Virus record (IMG/VR): IMGVR_UViG_3300030012_002328
Coordinates: 1 to 56,931 of that record
Source: a virus
Taxonomy: Duplodnaviria; Caudoviricetes
Reading direction: 5' to 3' (one strand)
Length of the DNA stretch: 56,931 bases
Part shown: piece after piece, positions 38,436 to 48,161 of the stretch
How positions within the stretch are numbered: position 1 is the first letter of the stretch
Layout: the number at the start of each line of letters is the position of its first letter
Position numbers and translations under genes: made by a program
Notes under the pieces: model-generated
What the model was told of the DNA's origin: nothing
Database searches by the model: none
What the model saw: the letters and a program-made list of their open reading frames with translations, nothing else

Positions 38436-39185
38436 CTACCGTTTTAGCTTTGTCTTGTGTTTTAGGTACTCTGCAGTCTTGTCAAATTCACGGCCAAAAG
38501 CTATGCGCCGCCAGTAAGCTTGGTCTTGTTCTACCTTTACCTCTATCTCGGGCAGTGTGTCGCTCAACGGCACGACATAGCAAAGGGGCTCACCACGCTT
38601 TATCATAAACTCTCGCTCATGGCCGAGCGGGGGCTTCTTTAACCAAAGATTGATGTTAAATGTTTGCTGTTTCTCTGCGTACGGTTCCCACGCACCCAAT
38701 GCTGCTTCCCAGTCGGGGTTCGGCGGCATGACCGGAACTATCATAATATCTAAGCCTTTTGTCCCCTCCAGCTTCCAATAGTCTGTAAGCTTCAGGTTGT
38801 CGTATTCTTCGAAGGCTCTGGGGTGCTGCTGATGACCATGATTATCAATACCGCCGCCATCCGGACCCCAGTAGTGAGGAACTTGCGCCAAGAAATTTCC
38901 GTCGGCGTAATACGTGACAGCGACATCTGTCCACGAAGGTATTAAGATTGTCCGTCGAAAGAAAAGACTAAAGGCGGGACAACGTCTGATTGTTCCCGAA
39001 GCTACATGCTTGTCGTTTTCAGCAAAATGCCGAGGCGTTGGTGGGAGCATACCTTCTACCCACTTGGGCATGTTCGAAAACCAAGAAGGCTTGTCTTGGG
39101 AAAGATATCTCGGAGCAATCTCAGGGCTAACCTCGAAGTTGTTCCTAAAAATCAACTTCGGTTTTTTCTTGCGCGAAAAAATCAC
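38436..39185 (-). CDS. Paralogue of 26828..27517 (DUF6065-like)
   Basis: PSWFS, TIRRCPAF, IKRGEPLCYVVP. Confidence 0.6.
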   Translation of the reverse strand: MIFSRKKKPKLIFRNNFEVSPEIAPRYLSQDKPSWFSNMPKWVEGMLPPTPRHFAENDKHVASGTIRRCPAFSLFFRRTILIPSWTDVAVTYYADGNFLAQVPHYWGPDGGGIDNHGHQQHPRAFEEYDNLKLTDYWKLEGTKGLDIMIVPVMPPNPDWEAALGAWEPYAEKQQTFNINLWLKKPPLGHEREFMIKRGEPLCYVVPLSDTLPEIEVKVEQDQAYWRRIAFGREFDKTAEYLKHKTKLKR

Positions 39186-39316
39186 GGGCGACCCTGACCT
39201 CGATAACGCTTAAAGGTATTGTTTTTGTTTTTGGGACGGCTACGCACAGACATACCTATAGAGGTCCGCTTCGCCACCGGCTCGATGACGACTTTTTCTT
39301 TTATCCTTTTAGCCAT
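39182..39316 (-). CDS. Small basic peptide ending KRYRGQGRP
   Basis: Read manually: 44 aa, start and stop both overlap neighbours. Confidence 0.65.
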   Translation of the reverse strand: MAKRIKEKVVIEPVAKRTSIGMSVRSRPKNKNNTFKRYRGQGRP

Positions 39317-39681
39317 TAGTTTTTCAACTTACCAATAGACTTCAGACCAAACGAAGCACCAATGGATGCAAGGATGCCCCACTGAATCCACTCCGGTGCG
39401 GTGCGGAGGAAGTCAAACCCAGACTGCATGTATGGTTGTGCAGCAGGCACAAAGCTGGCGACTATGATCCCGATAAAACAAATCGTCCACGCTTCATCTT
39501 TCCAAGAATCTGCGGAAGCGTCCATTGCCTTTTCTTCCCAGCCGCCATCCTGCTCAAGCTTTTTTACTTGAGCGGCAACTTTGGCTTCCTCAAGCCTGTG
39601 CTTCAGTTCTGACTTTTTCTGGCGACCTTCTAGATATGTTTTACCAATCCCAGTAACCGCTCCTAAGATATTTCCAAGCAT
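39316..39681 (-). CDS. Putative holin (3TM type)
   Basis: DSWKDEAW followed by two hydrophobic helices and ASFGLK. Confidence 0.55.
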   Translation of the reverse strand: MLGNILGAVTGIGKTYLEGRQKKSELKHRLEEAKVAAQVKKLEQDGGWEEKAMDASADSWKDEAWTICFIGIIVASFVPAAQPYMQSGFDFLRTAPEWIQWGILASIGASFGLKSIGKLKN

Positions 39682-39902
39682 CAGTTGTGCTCCATGATAT
39701 ATTGATCGTATCTACGAGCAATGCACGTGCGCCGCTCGTCGGTCTCTTCTTGGTAGCCAAACTGATGACACAGTTTGACCGCCCACTTCAATGCTTGCTC
39801 CTCAACAGTCTCCGGTCTCCAGCTTTTCGGAATGTTCCTACTATAACCGCAACCGGCAACGACTGACCCCAGTATCAAAATAATCGTGACCTGTTTGAGC
39901 AT
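39681..39902 (-). CDS. Putative lipoprotein
   Basis: Signal peptide with lipobox VAG-C. Confidence 0.6.
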   Translation of the reverse strand: MLKQVTIILILGSVVAGCGYSRNIPKSWRPETVEEQALKWAVKLCHQFGYQEETDERRTCIARRYDQYIMEHN

Positions 39903-39911
39903 GATATAATC

Positions 39912-40139
39912 CTAGCGTTGTTCCTCTTCATTTACTGCCTGTTCGACAGTTTTCACATTCTGTTCTGCCTTACGACGAGCTTGTTGGAAATACTCATTCC
40001 AACGTCCCGCCCAAGGGCTGACTTGCCTAAACTGTAATGGAAGTTCGTAATCTTTTAACTCGGACATACCGTAACCCACTCCTTCATCCTCAAATTTGAT
40101 TGAAACGAAGCTCATGCTACACCTATTCCTTTCGTGCAA
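39912..40139 (-). CDS. Hypothetical protein
   Basis: 75 aa ORF; start uncertain. Confidence 0.5.
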   Translation of the reverse strand: MHERNRCSMSFVSIKFEDEGVGYGMSELKDYELPLQFRQVSPWAGRWNEYFQQARRKAEQNVKTVEQAVNEEEQR

Positions 40140-40175
40140 CTAGTGAATTTCGCTCCTCCCGAGCGGATTTTTCTG

Positions 40176-42596
40176 TTAACTACGCTTTTTGTTCATCTCA
40201 CGCATGACAGCGATATCTTCTTGCGTTTCGATGCGCTCGCGGTTAACGGCGTTGCGTTCTTCAGCAATATTCATTGTTGCTGCCAAACGCTGTTGAGCAA
40301 GATCTGACTGCTGGTCAAGGCGAGCCTGCTCCAGCATTGCGTCCACTTGATCTTTTGCCATCTTACGCTGTTGATCCTGCGCTTGCAACTGTACTTCGGC
40401 TTGTCGGATACCGACCAACGGATCTTGTTGCTGCGGGGCAAAAGACGGAATAATCTGCTGTGACAATTCTGCAACACGTTGAGCGACCATTGCCTCCATC
40501 ATTTCCGGCGGCATCATCTGTCCTGTCTGGGCTGCTTGACCAGCAACCTCTTCACGAGCCAAGAAACCGATACGCTGCTGAATATTTGCCATCAACGGGC
40601 CAAGCAAGTTGGGTGCGCCTTGTATCATCGGAGATTGGATGAATGTAATGTGCGATTGAATATGAGCCATGTGATTCTGGCCGGGGAATGCTTGAATAGG
40701 CTTACCATCCAAAACCAACGCCTGTTCCATAGCTGGGTCAACCGGCTGCGGTTGAGGCGGTGCTGGCAACAATGCTTCGATGTTTTTAACTTCCAAAGCT
40801 TCGTACATACGGCGGTAAGCTTCCTGAAGATTGTGGATTTCCGGATTGCTTTGTGCCATTTGAAGCTGAGTTTGTGCCAAGCTCAAACGCTGTGCCATTG
40901 AGAAGATGTTCGGGTCAGAGACCGGCATCACATCTACACGACCATCAAAGTCAGATTGCAGAATCTCCGCGCCGACAGATGTGGCATACGGATACGCATC
41001 GACAGTATCAGCAATGATACTAGCCAGCAGACGGAACTCTTGACGCTGTGCGTAGTGCATCCGTTTGTGGATCGCACTCATCACGCGAGACCCGCGCTCC
41101 AGTAGAGCAACAGTCGTGCCTACCGGAGCTTGGGTGTTCACATCGCCAACGGCGTTATCTGCAATCGCTGCATAGCGGCGACCACTGTCAACAATCACGC
41201 CGAGCAGTTGACCCAACGTACCCGACGGTTCTTTATATGGCAGCGGGACAATAGCGTTACGCAGATCCCCGCCCGGAGCATCGATATCACGGAACTCGCC
41301 CGGATTGAGCGGCTCGTCATCATTACGAATCCGAACGCCACGTGCCTTGAATCCTGCCGGGAGGTTGGACAGCGTTCCCGCATCGATTAGCTGACGCAGA
41401 ATCGATGTAGCGGCACGGGAGAGTCCTCCAATCATATGGATGAGACCGAATCCATAGAAACCCAAACCCGGCAGGAACTTGTAGTGGACAAAGGTCTGCA
41501 TCGGCTTGCGCTGCGGATCTTCTTCGTCCCAGTTACGGACAACAGATAGGATAGTGCCGCTATCCTTTTCCATTGTGACAACGTACGGAAGTTTCAGTCC
41601 CGTAGGTTCGCCGTCCATGTCCGTGTCCTCAAACCCTTCCAAGTCTAGGTATGTCTGAATTTCCAGAATGGTGTAAACATCATCGCCGGTTGCTGAAGGA
41701 CGTACGCCTTGCAACTGGTCTTTTTTATCTTGCAGGTCGCTATCTTCGCTATGACCAGCAGATACAAGATCCACGTCGCGGTAAATGGTAGCCAACTGCA
41801 TTTTGACAATGTCATTGTCCGACATGCTCATCACGTGTGTGATTCGCTCGGCTGTTCGAATGTCCGTAGCGTAGTATGGAACAACTACATCCTCGGCTGG
41901 AACAAACTTAGCCACAGGGCGTTGACGCGCCATGTCGAAGTAAACTTTTTTGAACGTTGAACCACTGAGCGGCAGATGGAACAACATCTGATCCATATCC
42001 GGATCATACTCTTCCATCACTTCCGTAATTTGATAATTCATAAACTGCTCGACGCGCTGCGCCTGCTGCATAACTTCAGGAGTCTCGTTGCCAATGCAGA
42101 CAGTCCGTACAGGACCACCCGCTGGTAACATTTCCTTGTATGCTTGTGCTTGAAACTGGGTCACCGACTCTGAGATTAGAGGGTGTGTGACTCCGGTTGC
42201 CCCGGCGAACGGCTCGTCACGATCTTCATAGTTGATACCCAGTAGGCCGAGACCTTTTGTTAAGGCTTCCTCCCACTCTGACCTCGACTCAAGGTCGTCC
42301 TCAAACGAACTACCAAGCTCCGAGGAAAGCTCCCCCAAAATACTGTCGTCTAGGATTTCGGCGAGGTTAGCCGTGTGGCTGTACTCTTCCGCCAAGACCT
42401 CTGTTGGATCTTCCATGAACTCGGCAGAGCCGTCTTCGTTCATCTGAAGAACCAAGTCTTCCATAGCTTCGTCGGTGATACCGGGGACTTGGCCCTCGAT
42501 TTCAATCAGTGCTTCGGTAGCAGGATCTAGCGCGGGGCCACCGGCACCCATCGCTTCCTCAATCTGACCACCAAAAGGATTTCCTGTTTGTGACAT
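40176..42596 (-). CDS. Portal protein
   Basis: 806 aa; SRSEWE, FQAQAYKE, GSTFKKVY, PGLGFYGFG, APVGTT; Gln-rich barrel tail. Confidence 0.88.
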   Translation of the reverse strand: MSQTGNPFGGQIEEAMGAGGPALDPATEALIEIEGQVPGITDEAMEDLVLQMNEDGSAEFMEDPTEVLAEEYSHTANLAEILDDSILGELSSELGSSFEDDLESRSEWEEALTKGLGLLGINYEDRDEPFAGATGVTHPLISESVTQFQAQAYKEMLPAGGPVRTVCIGNETPEVMQQAQRVEQFMNYQITEVMEEYDPDMDQMLFHLPLSGSTFKKVYFDMARQRPVAKFVPAEDVVVPYYATDIRTAERITHVMSMSDNDIVKMQLATIYRDVDLVSAGHSEDSDLQDKKDQLQGVRPSATGDDVYTILEIQTYLDLEGFEDTDMDGEPTGLKLPYVVTMEKDSGTILSVVRNWDEEDPQRKPMQTFVHYKFLPGLGFYGFGLIHMIGGLSRAATSILRQLIDAGTLSNLPAGFKARGVRIRNDDEPLNPGEFRDIDAPGGDLRNAIVPLPYKEPSGTLGQLLGVIVDSGRRYAAIADNAVGDVNTQAPVGTTVALLERGSRVMSAIHKRMHYAQRQEFRLLASIIADTVDAYPYATSVGAEILQSDFDGRVDVMPVSDPNIFSMAQRLSLAQTQLQMAQSNPEIHNLQEAYRRMYEALEVKNIEALLPAPPQPQPVDPAMEQALVLDGKPIQAFPGQNHMAHIQSHITFIQSPMIQGAPNLLGPLMANIQQRIGFLAREEVAGQAAQTGQMMPPEMMEAMVAQRVAELSQQIIPSFAPQQQDPLVGIRQAEVQLQAQDQQRKMAKDQVDAMLEQARLDQQSDLAQQRLAATMNIAEERNAVNRERIETQEDIAVMREMNKKRS

Positions 42597-42602
42597 AACT
42601 AC

Positions 42603-45299
42603 TTATAACACCTCTTTACCCATAGAGCCAATGCCTTTCATGACCAAGCCACCTTTCGCAAAGGACGCTGGTGGTATCTCCGCACGGTTACCACGTGCGC
42701 GAGCAAATGAAAATCCGAACGGCTTGCGAGGCTCGTCGCTCTCGTTGAAATATTCTGCAGCTTTTCTTCTAGATGCCGGTAACTCTGAATTTGTTGAATT
42801 GATCGGAAGATCCGTAACAACACGAGAACCGGGGTTCATCGATTTATGTTCGTTCAAACGCTTCTTAATAGTGTTGTTATACATAGCTCGGAACTTGTTA
42901 CTGGCTTTTTTGTATGCTTCCACTTCAACTTCCGGAGTGTTGGAGTCAGGAGCCCTGAAACGAAGATCACGAATATCACGCCAGTCAGGGAAAATAACGC
43001 CGCTTAGACCACGAGCACGAGACCGCTCAATCATGGAGTCCACAACAAAGCGTACAAAATCAGCTTCATCTTCGAAAACAAACTGGGGTACTTTTTGCTT
43101 GTTCCTCAAAGCTGCAAACTCTGGGTTATCCGCCGCGAAGTCAATTTCGTACTGATCTATCGCTTTCTGTGCTTCTTGAACTTTTTTAGTTAAAGGCTCA
43201 AGTTCCTTCCGTGCTTTGGACAAGCCACGTGCCGCAGTGTTTGCTTTTTTGCGAGCCAGTTCATAGTTACTAACCGTTATTCTGTTTGTTTCTTTCTCCA
43301 CAGCGCTCAAGCCTAGCTGATCGACAGGAAGACCTGACTCCTCAGAACGATTCAACAGAGCCTGAGCTTCTTCCTCTAGGCCAGACTCTATGGCGGTTGC
43401 ACTCTCCAAGTCTTCGGCAAGAACACTTACTTTTCGCCTAGCATCACTAGCGAAAGAACGAGCTGTAGCCAGCGCATCATCCAGAGGCTTCAAGCCTCGC
43501 AGTCTTTCTGCACTCCCCTCATCAAAAATACGCGTCTTCTCTGGTGTCATCTCAATGACCCTACCAGTGTTATCCAAACGAGACTGTGCAGCTTCAATGT
43601 TAACCTGAGAGTCGATGATATTAAATGTCTTATCCCTAAAAGCTTTGACCTTGGCGCTGACTTCAGGAGCTCTGTTCAACTGACGGATATACGAGTTGAT
43701 CTCGTCATCTCCGTAGTCGTCCGTATCTCTTAATGTTTGAACCAAGTTGCTATAAGCCACAGAGTCAACGCTCCTGTCAGACTGCACATAGTCAACCGCA
43801 CGATCCAAAATTTCCATCATGTCTCGGTCCATGTCGGAAGGATCTTCAAATAATACTGGCTGGGCTGCACCGGCGAACCTAAAACGGCGAAACAACGCAA
43901 GGCGAGCAGCATCAGCAAAATCATCCGCACCCGGCTCGAACTCAACAGGCAGATACTGCGCCAGATCGTTCATGGTAACGTCGTTGTCAATAAACAACTC
44001 GTTCATATCAGCAATACGCCCACGCCCCAAATTTTGTTGACGGCTTAAATTTTGCTGGGCAGCAACTGCCTGACCCTCAAGATCACGAAGGTTGAAATCA
44101 AAATCAGTTTGAATCTCTTCAGACAAAAATGCACCGTCCGGAAACAATTCATTCATCGTCGGGTCTTCAAACTCAGTCAAAACAGAACCACGGAAGTGAC
44201 CCTGCTGATCCAACATACCCTCAGTCCCACCAGCAGTTTTTACGCCACCATAGTGAGTCGAGCCACCGTTAAAACCACCTAGACCCGGGCGGTTGTCGTT
44301 AACCAGCATCTCTTCGTAATCAACAACGTTATATTCAGAAGTAGCCTTGCTCGTATCACGCGGCATATGTGTCCACCGCTGGTAGGTCTTGAACTCCATC
44401 TCTTCAGCACTGTCAGCAGAACGAACAACCGAGATCCGAGGTGTGAACTTCTCGGATGCCTCACGAAGCTGCTTGAGACTGACTTGCTTGTTTTGCTTCA
44501 GTAGATCCTCGATACCTGTAACTTGGATTTCGTTATCAGACACACCCATGCGTTTGAGGGAGTTGCGAACCCTGTTCGAATTAATCGGCTTATCAACCTT
44601 AATCTTGTCGCCACCACCCATAAGAAACGAGTCTTCGTTGAACAAAGCATTACGAAGCTTGGACTTGTATCTGGTAAACGCACCTGTCTGCTCACCGCCA
44701 ACCAAATCAGCTAAATCAGAACCGTCACCATGAGAGTGGCTCAGAAAAGACTCTTCAGCAAATTCCGCACGGCCACGACTTCCCGAACCACGCTCAGCGC
44801 GAGCAGCAACCACAGCCTCTCTAGCCGAATCCGATAATACAGGTTCTTGCAACGTGGTTGTGGTGGCATCCTCCAAAGCTTTCGAAAAATCAGATTTTGG
44901 CATAAGGGACCCGAGACCACGCGAAATAGCAGAACCCGCTTTTTTAATACCGCGACTAGCTATACGGAAAGGAGCACCCAGTCCCAAGATACTTGCACCG
45001 ACCCCAGCACCAGTCAGGAAACCTGGATCTTGTTCGTAGTCACCAAGAGCTAGGGCCGTGCCACCTGAAGCTGCAAGATCAGCCGGACGGATCAAGGGTT
45101 GGTTCTCGAGCATTGTAAGACCCTGTTGACGAGCCACTTCACGAGCCGTAAACGGATCCATACCTTCAGCTACAAGTTGCTCGATCAAAGCAACGCCAGC
45201 GTCTTCCAAAGCAGTGGACTGACGTGGTTCTAGTCTGTCCTGAAGCGGATCAAGGCGGAAGGTCGCCACTCCTTGAAACATGGGATCTTGATTAGACAT
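42603..45299 (-). CDS. Large uncharacterised protein between TerL and portal (probably virion-delivered)
   Basis: 898 aa; HY..GHFR..EEIQTD motif, coiled coil, C-terminal FAKGGLV. Confidence 0.7.
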   Translation of the reverse strand: MSNQDPMFQGVATFRLDPLQDRLEPRQSTALEDAGVALIEQLVAEGMDPFTAREVARQQGLTMLENQPLIRPADLAASGGTALALGDYEQDPGFLTGAGVGASILGLGAPFRIASRGIKKAGSAISRGLGSLMPKSDFSKALEDATTTTLQEPVLSDSAREAVVAARAERGSGSRGRAEFAEESFLSHSHGDGSDLADLVGGEQTGAFTRYKSKLRNALFNEDSFLMGGGDKIKVDKPINSNRVRNSLKRMGVSDNEIQVTGIEDLLKQNKQVSLKQLREASEKFTPRISVVRSADSAEEMEFKTYQRWTHMPRDTSKATSEYNVVDYEEMLVNDNRPGLGGFNGGSTHYGGVKTAGGTEGMLDQQGHFRGSVLTEFEDPTMNELFPDGAFLSEEIQTDFDFNLRDLEGQAVAAQQNLSRQQNLGRGRIADMNELFIDNDVTMNDLAQYLPVEFEPGADDFADAARLALFRRFRFAGAAQPVLFEDPSDMDRDMMEILDRAVDYVQSDRSVDSVAYSNLVQTLRDTDDYGDDEINSYIRQLNRAPEVSAKVKAFRDKTFNIIDSQVNIEAAQSRLDNTGRVIEMTPEKTRIFDEGSAERLRGLKPLDDALATARSFASDARRKVSVLAEDLESATAIESGLEEEAQALLNRSEESGLPVDQLGLSAVEKETNRITVSNYELARKKANTAARGLSKARKELEPLTKKVQEAQKAIDQYEIDFAADNPEFAALRNKQKVPQFVFEDEADFVRFVVDSMIERSRARGLSGVIFPDWRDIRDLRFRAPDSNTPEVEVEAYKKASNKFRAMYNNTIKKRLNEHKSMNPGSRVVTDLPINSTNSELPASRRKAAEYFNESDEPRKPFGFSFARARGNRAEIPPASFAKGGLVMKGIGSMGKEVL

Positions 45300-46783
45300 T
45301 AATAATACTCACGCCGCCTGTTCATATGAGGGGTATAAATCTCATCTTCCTCTTCTTCCAGAGACACAAGGCCACCCTCGCGGAACCGGATCAGAGCCAT
45401 TGTCATACTATCACAAAAGTCATCATGTTCGCCATTCGGAAATGAAGCTACTTCCTCAATGACCTCTTCAGAGAATTTTTCGTCAGGAGCCCAAACGCGC
45501 CCCGCCTCGAAAAGAGGCGCAACCATGTGCATACGGGTAGTTTTATCGACCCCGCCCCCTCTTTTTCGGCGACCGGGACTATATGTGGACACCGGGATGT
45601 TAATACGCATGAGCTCGTCTGCGAGAGGCATTCCGCTGGCCTTTGCCTCAATAAGTACCATATCCGGTTCCCAGTATTCATATTGCTCAAACGCCTCCTC
45701 TTTGAGTTCAGGAAAATTGTACCTTCCCTTCCTCGCGTCGAGGAGGATGATGTGGTCTGTACCATCTTCCTCGGGGTCGAAAACACCCCACGTTGTGATC
45801 GCCGTGTAGTCAGCGGTCTCTTTTTTCGAAAACGCGGTGTCGTACGATTGTAAGATATATTTAAGCCTCGGGACATTTTCCTTCTCCCATTCACGCCACC
45901 ATTCACGTTTTACCAACGCCACGTCATCGGAAGTCGGGTTTTGCTGCCACTGCGCGTTCCACTTAACCGGTGACAGGGAAGCTTTCACGCCCAGTAGTTC
46001 TTCTTTTTTCCAGAACTCAGGCCAAAGCGGTTTATCAGACGGGAGGATTGCTGGAAATTCTACCACCTCCCACTGATCAGCAAGCTGGTCTTTTGCCTGT
46101 TCATTCAGTAACCGGCCCGTCAGGTCTTTCTTTGACCAACGGGTTTGCACAATGATGATGGTTCCCCCCGGCTGGAGACGTTGTCGGGGACCCGAGGTAT
46201 ACCACTCATACGTATTGTCATACGCAGTAGACGACAAAGCATCTTGTTCCGAGTGCGGGTCATCGATGATAAGCAAGTCAGCACCGCGACCAGTCATCGC
46301 CGCGCCGACACCGGCAGCAAAGTATTCACCGCCTTTGTTAGTTTCCCACCGACCAGCAGCTTGGCTGTCCGCCTTCAGCGTGATCTCGGGAAAGATTTCT
46401 CGATACATAGGATCATCGATCAAGTCACGCACCTTACGGCCAAAGCGGGTAGCCAACTCGGTATTCATGGTTGCCTGAATGATTTTGAGTTTGGGGTTCC
46501 TTCCCAAAAACCAAGCAGGCATCAAATATGACGCTAGTTCAGATTTGGAATGACGGGGTGGCATGTTGACGATGAGGCGTTTTAGTTCCCCCCGCGCCAC
46601 ACGTTCGAGCTTCTCCGCAATAATACGGTGATGGTTCCCCTCAATAAAGTTGTCGTAGACGTGGTGGGCAAACGGCATGAAATGATTTTGTGCCTGATCC
46701 CGCCGCTCTATCCCACGAAGGGTTTCTTCCAACATGAGCTTCTTGCGAAGAACGTCATCTGGGATTGCTGCGTACTTATCCAT
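45299..46783 (-). CDS. terL: Terminase large subunit
   Basis: Walker A NMPPRHSKS, Walker B LLIIDDP, nuclease SYDTA and HDDFCD. Start reassigned to MDKYAA. Confidence 0.95.
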   Translation of the reverse strand: MDKYAAIPDDVLRKKLMLEETLRGIERRDQAQNHFMPFAHHVYDNFIEGNHHRIIAEKLERVARGELKRLIVNMPPRHSKSELASYLMPAWFLGRNPKLKIIQATMNTELATRFGRKVRDLIDDPMYREIFPEITLKADSQAAGRWETNKGGEYFAAGVGAAMTGRGADLLIIDDPHSEQDALSSTAYDNTYEWYTSGPRQRLQPGGTIIIVQTRWSKKDLTGRLLNEQAKDQLADQWEVVEFPAILPSDKPLWPEFWKKEELLGVKASLSPVKWNAQWQQNPTSDDVALVKREWWREWEKENVPRLKYILQSYDTAFSKKETADYTAITTWGVFDPEEDGTDHIILLDARKGRYNFPELKEEAFEQYEYWEPDMVLIEAKASGMPLADELMRINIPVSTYSPGRRKRGGGVDKTTRMHMVAPLFEAGRVWAPDEKFSEEVIEEVASFPNGEHDDFCDSMTMALIRFREGGLVSLEEEEDEIYTPHMNRRREYY

Positions 46784-46996
46784 AGGCCGAATGATATTAT
46801 TTCTGAATGAATTTATCAATCTAACATAGTACATACGTACTCGCTTCGCTCGTACTCTATATATGGGGGGCCCCGGGGGCGCAAACGCAAAAGAAAACCC
46901 GACCCCTAGAGCAGTAACCCCAAGAGCCGGGCCGCGCCGCGCTGGTGTATTCAGCGTTGCGGCGGATGCAGACGCGGCTTGCGCCGCGCCTACTAT

Positions 46997-47236
46997 TCAC
47001 TTGCGCCAGATGCGAACGCCATCATTTACTTTTCGCGTGAGGATGCCAACGCCCATTTTCTTGGCGGCGGCATAAACACGTTGAGCAGATTTGGTGTCAG
47101 AAACCAGAAAGCTTTGACCGCTGGTCATGTCTTTCATGAAATCATATTTGCTTGATTTCGGGCCGGTGCTGATGGGCGGCACTGGCACGTTACTTTCTAC
47201 GATAAACACATCATTGCGTTTCTTTAATTTAGACAT
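46997..47236 (-). CDS. Small putative DNA-binding protein
   Basis: VESNVPVP..SKYDF..GQSF..GVRIWR; GAGGA RBS before MSKLK. Confidence 0.7.
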   Translation of the reverse strand: MSKLKKRNDVFIVESNVPVPPISTGPKSSKYDFMKDMTSGQSFLVSDTKSAQRVYAAAKKMGVGILTRKVNDGVRIWRK

Positions 47237-47327
47237 TTGATTATCCTCTTTTGTCTTGGTTTGCTTAAACATTATAACATCCTTTTTAATGAGTGCGCGG
47301 CGGCGGCTTGCGCCGCCACGCTTTCAG

Positions 47328-47624
47328 TTAAATGAGGCTTGGTCGAACAAACTTTTGCCAGCTTTCTACTTTGAACATGGCTTGCTGCTCTGGTGTCATT
47401 GCTGCATTGAGCAAGTCTGATTTGTAAACCAGATTCATCTTGTGACTGAAATCAACCCGATGAGTGTCGCCAATCAATTCGGCTGGCACATCTTCTGAGC
47501 GGTTCATTTCCCAAACAGGAACCATACCGATTAGTTGCTTGCGGATTTCTTCCTTGCGAGTTTTTAACTCTTTGATTTGAGTTTCAATCATCATCAAATC
47601 TGTTGCTAGTTGGTCTATAATCAT
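47328..47624 (-). CDS. Hypothetical early protein
   Basis: 98 aa, coiled-coil N-terminus, purine-rich RBS. Confidence 0.75.
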   Translation of the reverse strand: MIIDQLATDLMMIETQIKELKTRKEEIRKQLIGMVPVWEMNRSEDVPAELIGDTHRVDFSHKMNLVYKSDLLNAAMTPEQQAMFKVESWQKFVRPSLI

Positions 47625-47677
47625 GAGATTTCCTTTCCTTCCTCATTTGGTTAGCGTTATTGCTTAACCATGTCTTA

Positions 47678-47769
47678 TATATAATCCCATGTTATCTTAT
47701 AGTCAAGTAAGTTTTTCATTATTTTTTTTATTTTTTTATCTTGTAATCTATCCCATATTATCTTATATT
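47678..47769. promoter_or_regulatory. Divergent early promoters sharing an 18-bp spacer repeat
   Basis: TTGACT-17-TATATA on -; TTGTAA-17-TATATT on +; ATCCCATRTTATCTTATA in both; A/T tract between. Confidence 0.75.
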
Positions 47770-47797
47770 ATAGACATAACCAAAGGAGGGTTAGGAA

Positions 47798-47971
47798 ATG
47801 ACTAAATACATCTTTGCAATATTCTATTTTTTAGCTGCGCTGTTCAGCGCACACATGTCAATCATGTTTGCTATACTTAATGAAACTTGGATATCGGTCA
47901 CTTGCTTTGCGGCGGCTGGTCTGTTCTTGGTGCTGTTCTATAAAGACGGCATCATGGCTTACGAGGAGTAG
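47798..47971 (+). CDS. Small two-TM membrane protein
   Basis: Read manually: AAGGAGG RBS; MTKYIFAIFYFLAALFSA..CFAAAGLFLVLFYKD.., 57 aa. Confidence 0.7.
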   Translation: MTKYIFAIFYFLAALFSAHMSIMFAILNETWISVTCFAAAGLFLVLFYKDGIMAYEE

Positions 47972-48007
47972 GAACGGAGGATAAGTAAATGTGTAGAAGA
48001 TGACGCG

Positions 48008-48045
48008 CCGCCGTCGAGTCTCCCACTCGGCGGCGGATTTTTTTT
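48008..48045 (+). terminator. Intrinsic terminator
   Basis: CCGCCGTCGAGT-CTCCC-ACTCGGCGGCGG then A and a T run. Confidence 0.85.
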
Positions 48046-48077
48046 CGCCCCGGTTAGCTCCGGCTTGGCGCGGCGGA

Positions 48078-48126
48078 GCCGCAAGGCGCAAGTGGGGTTG
48101 ACATTATCCATTGGATATGTCATAAA
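48078..48126 (+). promoter_or_regulatory. Early promoter with heptamer tandem and palindromic operator
   Basis: GCCGCAA-GGCGCAAG, TTGACA, TTATCCATTGGATATGTCA. Confidence 0.7.
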
Positions 48127-48161
48127 GTAGATGTCTATCACAAGTAAAGAGGAGAGAGACA

